In this document: positions 17,670 to 25,852 of the stretch, one piece after another
Position numbering within the stretch: position 1 is the stretch's first letter
How the letters are laid out: each line of letters opens with the position of its first letter
From: a bacterium
Lineage (GTDB): Bacteria > Patescibacteriota > Minisyncoccia > Phycocordibacterales > JBBTRF01
Length of the DNA stretch: 64,000 nucleotides
NCBI GenBank assembly: GCA_037130265.1
Contig: JBAXTI010000002.1
Coordinates: 26,870-90,869 of the forward strand
Direction of reading: 5' to 3'
Translations under genes and position numbers: made by a program
The notes under the pieces: generated by a model
The model's database searches: none
What the model was told of the DNA's origin: nothing
What the model saw: the letters and a program-made list of their open reading frames with translations, nothing else

Positions 17670-19405
17670 CGCACCTTTCGAATCGTGTACAAGCTACCGA
17701 GGTGTTCGGCTTGTAAGAATTCTCTCAGAGGATGTGGCTCTTGGGGTGTCCAGCGGTAGCGGCCTTCTGAATGGAAACAGGTTTGTTTCTCGAGTTCAGT
17801 TGCGTTACAAGGTCTTTCGTCATCTTGCGTGATGAGCCAGATTGTTTTTGTTCCGAGATTCGTCTCCGGTGAAGTAAGCTTTTTCATTATAGTACCGAGC
17901 TCTTCTTGGTTGTATGCGAGGTAGGTGAGCGGCTTAAAGGCGACCTGCTCCTTCACAACGCCTGGATGCTGCATCAAAAAATCGAAACGGCCCATGCTTT
18001 GACGTTTTGGATCAAGTATGAGCATGGATCGGTCGTTCACTGGCAAGGTCATACGCAGCGCTGACCAATGTTCGACGAAGGCAATGCTTGGATCGTTGTA
18101 TTTTTTCATCAGCGTTTCGAGGAGTAGTTTTTCAGTCGACGGTTTCCAGTACAAAGAGATGGATTGAGTACCGATCACGAGGAAGAGGGTCGAGGCTAGC
18201 ACGATACCGCTCCAGCGTATGCACACACCCTGTTCGGAGATCCGTGCATCGAGTAATTCTGCCAATACCGCGATTGAAAAGGCACAGGCGGTGGTGAAAA
18301 TGACACTATACCGTGGTGCTGATCCAAAACCGATGGCTATATGGAAGATCAGATATACAAAAATCGGATGAGTGCATGCAATGAGTAGATACAGTCGGTC
18401 CTTTTTTTGGTTGGTTGCGCTATCGTCGAATTTTTTCATCAAGAAATAAATACCGATTAGCGCCAGGACAATATAGAGGAAGACTAGCGGCTGGCTCTGG
18501 ACTGCGGTGATCGCCGGCTTGTAGATGCGCGAGAGCCAGTCAATATGAACATCATCGCTTTTGTAGGAAATATTCGAAAATGAGCCACTCATCCAATTCA
18601 TGAAGATCGCGCGATAGATGAAGGAGATCTGCGTTATGCCGGCCACGATCACCCAGTACCAGTATTTTTTTACGTGCCGCCAGAGGTCGGCGAAGGTGAA
18701 GTGTTTCAGTGCGAGCGCGTAGATGCCGATGAGACCGATCGAAGCGGCGCCGACATAATTTTGGCAGAATGCGAGCACACCCATCCAGAAGAGCAATGCT
18801 ACGTATCGGTCCTTCTTCATAAATGGCTGGCCGAGGTGGCTCTGGTGTGTCTGATAATACTGTTGGGCGATAAATAGCGCGCTCGCCACCGCCATCAGCA
18901 TGAGGTGCGTTACCCAGACCTTTGCGGTGTGGAGCATCTGTAGCAGTAATACGTCAGAAAGTAGGAGTATGGCAAACAACGAGAGGGTGAGACCGAGTGT
19001 TTGCGGAATTTGCTTCTTTCGAAAGAAGAAGATACTGCCTGCCAGTGCGAAAAGAGCGGTTGCGCCGTTGATGAGGCGTAAAAAATGCAGTAATTCGCCA
19101 GTGTGAAGGGCGATATACACTTTGGTTGTCAGGATAGAGAAGCCCGACTTCAATACGATAGCAGTGATTATTGGGAGGATGGCCAAGGTGTCGATGTAAG
19201 TTTGCACGCCACCATAATAGTTGCCCGAATAGGAGAATTCCCAGCCCGGGAGGGTGCCTTTTTGGATCGCCGAGAGCGAGCTTGTGAGAAAGTAACTCTC
19301 ATCGACGATGATGTCGGGGTTATTGCCGTAGGGATTTGGTGAGAGGGTTGTTACGACAATAAACATTGCCACCAGTGCGACAAGGGTATGTTGTATATTC
19401 TTCAT
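17666..19405 (-). CDS. GT-C fold polytopic membrane glycosyltransferase (PMT/ArnT, GT39/GT83-like)
   Basis: It has more than 10 predicted TM helices in the first ~430 aa, then a soluble C-terminal domain. It is convergent with, and overlaps by 4 nt, the lipid-sugar synthase gene, which is the classic donor-synthase/GT-C pairing. The ATG at 19405 (MKNIQHT...) is preferred over 19570. Confidence 0.6.
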   Translation of the reverse strand: MKNIQHTLVALVAMFIVVTTLSPNPYGNNPDIIVDESYFLTSSLSAIQKGTLPGWEFSYSGNYYGGVQTYIDTLAILPIITAIVLKSGFSILTTKVYIALHTGELLHFLRLINGATALFALAGSIFFFRKKQIPQTLGLTLSLFAILLLSDVLLLQMLHTAKVWVTHLMLMAVASALFIAQQYYQTHQSHLGQPFMKKDRYVALLFWMGVLAFCQNYVGAASIGLIGIYALALKHFTFADLWRHVKKYWYWVIVAGITQISFIYRAIFMNWMSGSFSNISYKSDDVHIDWLSRIYKPAITAVQSQPLVFLYIVLALIGIYFLMKKFDDSATNQKKDRLYLLIACTHPIFVYLIFHIAIGFGSAPRYSVIFTTACAFSIAVLAELLDARISEQGVCIRWSGIVLASTLFLVIGTQSISLYWKPSTEKLLLETLMKKYNDPSIAFVEHWSALRMTLPVNDRSMLILDPKRQSMGRFDFLMQHPGVVKEQVAFKPLTYLAYNQEELGTIMKKLTSPETNLGTKTIWLITQDDERPCNATELEKQTCFHSEGRYRWTPQEPHPLREFLQAEHLGSLYTIRKVR

Positions 19406-19466
19406 TTCAGAATTGTAGCATGGCTGATATATGCACGGTGCCGCTCCAGTGTTGTATAATGCTTCA

Positions 19467-20102
19467 ATGCATACTGTGGCATGGAAAATCTGGCGCGGGC
19501 AGTCTCTGGCGAGGATCTTGATGAACCGAGCGTTGTCAGCATACACGATCACCGGAAGGGTGGTGGACATTGGCGGTGGACGTTCGCCGGATTATTTTGA
19601 GTATCTGAAAAAAGAAAAATTCACATCGATCGAGCTGGTAGACTTTTCTTTCTCAAGGATCGATTTCGAAAAGGATGCTCTACCATTTGCTGATGCGAGC
19701 GTCGATACAGTGCTCTGCATGAATACCCTTGAGCACGTCTACAATTATCGCTTTCTTACCGCCCAGATGTACCGCGTCCTTAAAAAAGACGGCAAGCTGA
19801 TCGGATTCGTGCCCTTTCTCATAAACTATCATCCCGACCCCCACGATTTTTTCAGGTATACCAAGGAATCCCTGACCAAGATATTTATTGAAGCTGGTTT
19901 TGCCGATATCTCGATTCGCTCTGTCGGTGGTGGGTCTTTTTTGGTGAACTACAATATGATCATGTTATCGCTGCCGAAGGTATTGCGCGTACTGATGTTC
20001 CCTTGTTATCTCATTCTCGACAGGCTTTTTTTGAAATTTAGGCCAAAGGCGGCTGAGCGCTATCCGCTCGGCTACGTCTTTGTCGCCACCACGCCAAAAT
20101 AG
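19467..20102 (+). CDS. class I SAM-dependent methyltransferase
   Basis: 'VVDIGGGRS' is motif I. 'VDTVLCMNTLEHV' and 'LKKDGKLI' are present. TATAAT at 19455-19460 lies 6 nt before ATG 19467, so the transcript may be leaderless. Confidence 0.7.
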   Translation: MHTVAWKIWRGQSLARILMNRALSAYTITGRVVDIGGGRSPDYFEYLKKEKFTSIELVDFSFSRIDFEKDALPFADASVDTVLCMNTLEHVYNYRFLTAQMYRVLKKDGKLIGFVPFLINYHPDPHDFFRYTKESLTKIFIEAGFADISIRSVGGGSFLVNYNMIMLSLPKVLRVLMFPCYLILDRLFLKFRPKAAERYPLGYVFVATTPK

Positions 20103-20135
20103 TCCTGAGCCATCAATATTCGTTATTTTTCGTGT

Positions 20136-21077
20136 ATGCTTAATGCTATGTCCTCACAATTCTACCCAAGAATTTCCATCGTTACCGTATGTTTTAATCG
20201 TGCGCAGTATATCGCCGAAACCATCGAGTCGGTGCTTTCTCAGGGTTATCCCAATTTGGAATACATCGTTATCGATGATAATTCGACCGACGGGAGCTGG
20301 GAAGTCATTCAGAAATACAAAGACAAACTCGCATACATTGAGCAAATTCCTGGAAAGCGGGATACGCCAGTGGAGTCCCTCAACTATGGCCTTTCAAAAA
20401 CAACCGGCGAGATCATGGCCACGATAAATGATAAGAATATTTACATGCCAAAAAGCCTTTTTGCTGTGGCCGGAGTATTTTCGGCTTTCCCTCAAGTAGA
20501 ATGGCTTACGGGTGTGGGTCTCATTATAGACAAGGGCGGTATTATTACTAATATTATCCCGATACGGAAGGGTTTTTATGAGCATCTTATCAATCTGCCT
20601 TGGAACATCCAGCACGAGTCCACTTTTTGGAGGCGTTCACTCTGGAAACGTACCGGTTCTCAGTACGACCCAAAGTATTCCTGGGTCTTCGACATGGGAT
20701 TATGGCGAAAATTCTTTTTTGAGGCACCACTATATCATCTCAATACGGTGGTGGGAGCCTATCGAAAGTTGCCTTCGGCTCGTACAACACTGAACAAGGA
20801 AGAATTCTATCATTACTGTGCTCTTGCACGCCAAGACATGCGCACGCAAGCAAAAAAAACAGATCTCGCATATGCAGAATTGTATCGAGCACTTAGATAT
20901 TTCAAGCCAATCTTGCGAAACATTCCCGACGCTGTATACGCAAGAATTCCTTTTTTAAAAAAAATGTCACACGATTCGATTGCCTTTCAAAACGTTACAA
21001 TTGATGACTTCGGTCCGGGCCACTTAAGGTTCCGTCGGTACAAAAGAAACCCATTCCGCACCATGTTTCCATGGTAA
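20136..21077 (+). CDS. family 2 glycosyltransferase, paralog of the C-terminal domain of the 1677-3875 gene
   Basis: 'ISIVTVCFNRAQYIAETIESVLSQ..EYIVIDDNSTDGS'. The conserved 'VEWLTG...FWRRSLWKR' block is shared with the 752-aa protein. Confidence 0.8.
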   Translation: MLNAMSSQFYPRISIVTVCFNRAQYIAETIESVLSQGYPNLEYIVIDDNSTDGSWEVIQKYKDKLAYIEQIPGKRDTPVESLNYGLSKTTGEIMATINDKNIYMPKSLFAVAGVFSAFPQVEWLTGVGLIIDKGGIITNIIPIRKGFYEHLINLPWNIQHESTFWRRSLWKRTGSQYDPKYSWVFDMGLWRKFFFEAPLYHLNTVVGAYRKLPSARTTLNKEEFYHYCALARQDMRTQAKKTDLAYAELYRALRYFKPILRNIPDAVYARIPFLKKMSHDSIAFQNVTIDDFGPGHLRFRRYKRNPFRTMFPW

Positions 21078-21089
21078 TTGCCTAGTATA

Positions 21090-22073
21090 TTAATAGAGCA
21101 TGATGGTCAGGTATTTGTTGGGGAAGTATGTTTTTTTGTTGAGATAGTAGTTCCAGTCCATTACCTCATTTTTTGCAATAACGTGTGGAATATCACCGTA
21201 GTAAGCCGCAAAATGGCTTAATGTACTGTCTGAGCCAATTACCGCATTGCACGAAGCCAGTGTAAAAAGGTCGGTGACAACATCATTCTTGCTCACGGTT
21301 ACATTGAGTTCGTAAAACAGCGAAAGGTCAACGGGTCCGTCCGAGGCGACGACGAATCCGACCTCCTGAGCACTCTTTCCGTAGTTCCGTAAATATTCTC
21401 TGAGGATTTCGACAAATCTCACCTGATCAACGAAATATTTTCCGTTCTTGAAGGTCTTGTAGTCGCTCTGACGGATGTGAACGCCTACGACGTGCGCGTA
21501 TTTTGAACGCAAAGGTTCAAGTAGGCTATCGACTTTTTTAGAAATACTCATCGTTGGGGCAATTATCCCCACTATTTTATGGTGATGCTTCCGTATACCG
21601 TCAGGATTACGAAATACACCACCATTTATCGCAGAAAAAAAAAGTATATCCTTATTCGAACCCTCCATTTTTTCAAGCAGATCGATTTTTTTAGAAGTTG
21701 CAACTGTCGGTGGTAGGTAATAGGGGTCAGTTGAACTTTCGTTCGAGTACACGATTGAATTTTTTCGAAAAAAAGTGATTGGCCTAACTACCACAGTTTT
21801 GTATCCGGTTCGCCAAAGACGGACGAACAATGATCCTTTTCTAAAATTTCTCAATCCAATTCGACGAAATGGCACGGAGAAAAAACGAAGTGTCCAGTTT
21901 TTAGAACAGAAGCCGTGAAAAGATGAAGTATGCTCAAAGAAAGAGTAATTTATACAAGGGTAATTTCGTTCAATGGCGTATGCTAAAATACTAATGTAAT
22001 TCCAGAGCTGGTTGGCTAACTCCCCGCCGTCGTGTTGGAGAATAATGACTCTCTTCAAATTCTTTTGCCTCAT
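21090..22073 (-). CDS. GT11-like alpha-1,2-fucosyltransferase family protein
   Basis: 'VGVHIRQSDY' matches HxRRGDY. 'GSDSTLSHFAAYYG' matches the GT11 C-terminal SxFxxxAAWL motif. The N-terminus 'VIILQHDGGELANQLWNY' resembles the GT11 'GGLGNQMFQY' start. The ATG at 22073 is preferred over the upstream ORF-track start at 22181. Confidence 0.65.
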   Translation of the reverse strand: MRQKNLKRVIILQHDGGELANQLWNYISILAYAIERNYPCINYSFFEHTSSFHGFCSKNWTLRFFSVPFRRIGLRNFRKGSLFVRLWRTGYKTVVVRPITFFRKNSIVYSNESSTDPYYLPPTVATSKKIDLLEKMEGSNKDILFFSAINGGVFRNPDGIRKHHHKIVGIIAPTMSISKKVDSLLEPLRSKYAHVVGVHIRQSDYKTFKNGKYFVDQVRFVEILREYLRNYGKSAQEVGFVVASDGPVDLSLFYELNVTVSKNDVVTDLFTLASCNAVIGSDSTLSHFAAYYGDIPHVIAKNEVMDWNYYLNKKTYFPNKYLTIMLY

Positions 22074-22205
22074 TTCGCTCTTCCCAACTAGCCACTTCAA
22101 AGGATTTTTAGACATATCCAAAAAGTATAAGGTGTATGGTCGGGTTTGTAAAATATTAAGCTCGGACTGAAAAGGTGGCACCTTCGGCTTCGGTGCGGTA
22201 TAGTT

Positions 22206-24488
22206 ATGCGCATGAATACTGAATATATTGCAAAATGGGTGGCGCGCATTGGCGTGTTCCTGCTCTTGGTGGTTCCGTTTGTTGTGGCCGACGGCAGTCT
22301 TTTTCCCAACTCATTCTTCCCGTTTATTACCGGCAAGGCATTCGTCTTCCGTATCCTTACGGAGATTATTTTGGCAGCGTGGCTCGTCCTCGCCTTTGTA
22401 GATGAACATTATCGCCCTCGCTCATCCTGGATCGCTCGGGCGGTTGGCATCTTCCTCCTTGTAATGTTTATTGCCGACCTCGGCAGTGCCAATCCATTTA
22501 AGAGTTTTTGGTCTAACTTCGAGCGCATGGAGGGTTTTGTTACCTTAGCGCACCTCGGCGCTCTTTTTCTTGCGGCCGGCTCGCTTTTGAAGACTGAAGC
22601 ACTGTGGAATCGTTTTTGGCAGAGCTCTTTGGTGGCGAGCGTGCTGATGGCGGCATACGGTTTCTTCCAGCTCGCTGGTTGGGCGGCGATCCATCAGGGG
22701 AGTACACGTCTTGATGCGGCACTTGGCAACTCTGCGTACCTCGCGGTGTACATGATCTTCCACGTCTTTATTGCGATTTTCCTCTTGCTTCGATACGTAA
22801 AAAAGTATGCAGGCACTACGCAGTGGTCGGCATGGTTGCCTTCTTTGTACGGCGTCGTAGCCCTGATTGATTTTATTGTTTTGTACTATACGGCAACACG
22901 AGGAGCTTTAATCGGTGTTGTCGCCGGCGTTCTTGTGATCGCTCTTGGATTGACCTTGGGGACTTTCTTTTCCTCGACATTGTCCGACAAAGAGCAGGTG
23001 TTGTTGCGAAAAATCGGTGGAAGCATTTTGATTGTTGTCCTACTCGGTATTGGCGCACTCTTTCTTGGTAAGAACAGCGACTTTGTGAAAAAGAGCGAGG
23101 TACTTTCTCGATTTAGTAATCTCGCTACTTTCAAAGTTGCGTCAATTGCTGAAGGCGAAGGGAAGTCCCGTTTCAATATCTGGTCAATGGCATTAGATGG
23201 GGTAAAAGAGCGACCGATCCTTGGTTGGGGACAGGAAAGTTTCAATTATCTCTTCTACAAGTACTACTCACCAGAGATGTACGACCAGGAGCCGTGGTTT
23301 GATCGCGCACACAACGTGTTTCTCGACTGGCTTGTGGCCGGTGGTTTTCTTGGCCTGCTTTCATACCTGTCGATTTTCGCAGCACTCATTGTATTGGTCT
23401 GGAAAAAACACATGCCATTCAGTTTGCCAGAGCGTCTCACTCTCATGGCATTGGTGGTTGCGTATTTTGTCCACAATATCTTCGTGTTCGATCAGCTCGT
23501 GAGTTATCTCTACTTCTTCCTTGTTCTCGCGTACATTCATGCGCTGTATCATCACACCCGCGAAGGGCAGGGTACGACCAAGATGGGTGAGTGGTGGAAG
23601 TCTCATCAAAAAACCCTTCAGGAAGGCGGTACCCCTATCGTTCTTGTGCTGTTTGTCGTGGTCGTGTGGTCGGTAAATTGGAGTGGTTTCGTGCAGGCGA
23701 CTGGCTTGATCGATGCTTTGACCCCACAGAAAGAAGGCTTGGCGAAAAATATCGGGATCTTCAAGGATCTGCTCGATCGACGCACTATGGGATTGTACGA
23801 GACACGCGAGCGTTTGGCGGAAGTGGCGGTGCAGATGAGTCGGGCCAATGTTGACCAGACACAAAAGACGGAGATCTTCAACCTTGCGTATGCTGAACTG
23901 AAAAAGCAGACCGAAGAGATTCCAACTGATGTTCGATATCTGTATTTCATCTCGTCGTTCCTGTCTTCGTATCAGCGATATTCCGAGGCGTTGCCGTATG
24001 CGATGAAGGCGGTGGAGTTGTCGCCAAAGAAGCAAATGCTCCTCATGAATCTCGGCAGCATTTATTTGAACATTGGCCAGGTGAAGGAAGCGTCGGCAGC
24101 ATACAAGACTGCATTTGATCTTGAGCCGAAGTATGAAGAGGCGCGATTGTCGTATGCGTTGTCTGCGGTATATGCGGGCGATGAAGTGCTGCAAAAACAG
24201 CTTCTCCAGTCGGTGTACGGAACAACCTTGATGAGCGATCAGCGATTCTTGCAGGCATATATCAATACAAAACAGCCGCAGAAAGCGATTCATGCTTTGA
24301 GTGCCTTGGTGGCGTCTACGGTTCCGGACGATATTCAACTTCGTCTGAAGTTGGCGTCGCTGTATCTGCAGATTGGAGACAAGGCGGGGGCGATAGCTCA
24401 GGTGAAAAAGGCTGGTGAGCTCCATCCGGAATTTGCTCAGGAGGTGCCAGGGTATCTGAAGGAGATTGCGAACTACAAAGGGAATTGA
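22206..24488 (+). CDS. O-antigen ligase / Wzy_C-family polytopic membrane protein with C-terminal TPR repeats (WaaL/PglL-like)
   Basis: About 12 TM helices are predicted. 'RAHNVFLDWLVAGGFLGLLSYL' matches the Wzy_C catalytic-loop region. The C-terminal ~250 aa contain TPR-like repeats (AYKTAFDLEPKYEEARLSYA...). Confidence 0.75.
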   Translation: MRMNTEYIAKWVARIGVFLLLVVPFVVADGSLFPNSFFPFITGKAFVFRILTEIILAAWLVLAFVDEHYRPRSSWIARAVGIFLLVMFIADLGSANPFKSFWSNFERMEGFVTLAHLGALFLAAGSLLKTEALWNRFWQSSLVASVLMAAYGFFQLAGWAAIHQGSTRLDAALGNSAYLAVYMIFHVFIAIFLLLRYVKKYAGTTQWSAWLPSLYGVVALIDFIVLYYTATRGALIGVVAGVLVIALGLTLGTFFSSTLSDKEQVLLRKIGGSILIVVLLGIGALFLGKNSDFVKKSEVLSRFSNLATFKVASIAEGEGKSRFNIWSMALDGVKERPILGWGQESFNYLFYKYYSPEMYDQEPWFDRAHNVFLDWLVAGGFLGLLSYLSIFAALIVLVWKKHMPFSLPERLTLMALVVAYFVHNIFVFDQLVSYLYFFLVLAYIHALYHHTREGQGTTKMGEWWKSHQKTLQEGGTPIVLVLFVVVVWSVNWSGFVQATGLIDALTPQKEGLAKNIGIFKDLLDRRTMGLYETRERLAEVAVQMSRANVDQTQKTEIFNLAYAELKKQTEEIPTDVRYLYFISSFLSSYQRYSEALPYAMKAVELSPKKQMLLMNLGSIYLNIGQVKEASAAYKTAFDLEPKYEEARLSYALSAVYAGDEVLQKQLLQSVYGTTLMSDQRFLQAYINTKQPQKAIHALSALVASTVPDDIQLRLKLASLYLQIGDKAGAIAQVKKAGELHPEFAQEVPGYLKEIANYKGN

Positions 24489-24546
24489 TAGAATAGGTAG
24501 GTGAGTGACTGACAACCTGTTGGACACCCAAAAAATGTATACGTGA

Positions 24547-24576
24547 GCCCCCGCCTTGGCGGGGTTTCGCGTTTTT
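24547..24576 (+). terminator. rho-independent terminator candidate after the ligase gene
   Basis: A GC-rich hairpin GCCCCCGCC-TTG-GCGGGG is followed by TTTCGCGTTTTT. Confidence 0.5.
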
Positions 24577-24774
24577 GGCCGGCGCGGTATGATAGTGGGA
24601 CGAGCGATACGGAGAGCTCGCCAAGGGACCTTTTGAGGTCCGTTGTGTCCGGCGATGGTGAGCGGCTGCACTCACATAATACATTACATTGGAGCCGACT
24701 CCGCTCACCATCACTCGACGCAATGCCGACCATCGACACCGCCTTTTGTTTTCCAACGCAATATATTTCCTGAC

Positions 24775-25830
24775 ATGATTGTTATCAAAAAAAATGTGCC
24801 ACTGGCCAGCCTGACAACATTCCGCGTCGGCGGGGAAGCCGCGTTTTTTTGCGAGGTGCGCACGACGGCGGAATTGGCGGAGGCGGCTGCTTTGTTTGCA
24901 AAAAATCGAGAACAATATCGAACATTTTATATTCTCGGCGAAGGTTCGAATACGCTGGTGTCTGATGGGGGGTATTCTGGCTTGGCGGTGCGCGTGTTGA
25001 TCAAGGGGGTGAAGTGGAAAGAAATCGTCGATGCCGCTGCGTGCGACAAAGTGGAGGTGGTGTCTGGTGCAGGCGAGCATTGGGATGATCTTGTCGGACT
25101 CGCGGTGGGCAAGGGGTACTATGGATTGGAAAATCTTTCCGGTATTCCTGGTACGGTCGGTGCGTCGCCTGTGCAGAATATCGGTGCATATGGTGCCGAG
25201 GTGAAAGACACCATTTCTTTTGTTGAAGCATTTCATTTTGAAACCGGCGAGACTCGCATGTTTACTCCAGAGGAGTGTTGTTTTGGATATCGAAGTAGTT
25301 TTTTCAAAAGTGTAGAAGGAAAAAAATGGGTGATCACGAAGGTTGGTTTTTTGCTCGACAAAAAAGGTAGGGTCAATATTGGCTACAAGGATCTGAAAGC
25401 GCGTTTTGCGGAGCGATATTCGAGTCAGGTGTCTCTTACTGAGGTGCGTGAAGCGGTGTTGGAGATTCGAAAGAATAAATTGCCGGATATTTCGCTACTT
25501 GGGACGGCCGGATCGTTTTTCAAGAACCCGATCATCCGTGCGGAATTGTACAAGGAGCTGCTGGAGGAATATCCAAGTATGCCAGGGTTCGCGGAGAGCG
25601 ATGGGCGAGTGAAAGTGCCGTTGGCGTGGGTGCTCGACAATGTGTGCGGGTTGAAAGGGTGGAAAGGTGACAACGGTCAAGTCGGTCTGTACGAGAAGCA
25701 GCCGCTCGCGCTGGTGAATTTTGGCGGCGCGACGGCTCAGGAAGTGTCCGACGCAGCTGAAATGGTCGCGGCGAAGGTGAAAGATATGACAGGGATTGAG
25801 GTGGAATGGGAAGTGCAAAAGCTCGGCTAG
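24775..25830 (+). CDS. murB: UDP-N-acetylenolpyruvoylglucosamine reductase
   Basis: 'LTTFRVGGEAAFF', 'ILGEGSNTLV' and 'GLENLSGIPGTVGASPVQNIGAYG' fit the FAD-binding MurB. The ATG at 24775 (MIVIKKNVPL) is preferred over the ORF-track extension. Confidence 0.85.
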   Translation: MIVIKKNVPLASLTTFRVGGEAAFFCEVRTTAELAEAAALFAKNREQYRTFYILGEGSNTLVSDGGYSGLAVRVLIKGVKWKEIVDAAACDKVEVVSGAGEHWDDLVGLAVGKGYYGLENLSGIPGTVGASPVQNIGAYGAEVKDTISFVEAFHFETGETRMFTPEECCFGYRSSFFKSVEGKKWVITKVGFLLDKKGRVNIGYKDLKARFAERYSSQVSLTEVREAVLEIRKNKLPDISLLGTAGSFFKNPIIRAELYKELLEEYPSMPGFAESDGRVKVPLAWVLDNVCGLKGWKGDNGQVGLYEKQPLALVNFGGATAQEVSDAAEMVAAKVKDMTGIEVEWEVQKLG

Positions 25831-25852
25831 GTATGCTACTATTGTCCGACCA

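Noticed and set aside
24590-24700. Possible tRNA in the ligase/murB intergenic region. A 5-bp stem GGACC/GGTCC with a 7-nt loop TTTTGAG looked like an anticodon arm.
   Set aside because: No acceptor stem pairing, no D-arm and no T-arm (GTTCRANYC-like) sequence could be found around it. It was judged a chance hairpin.
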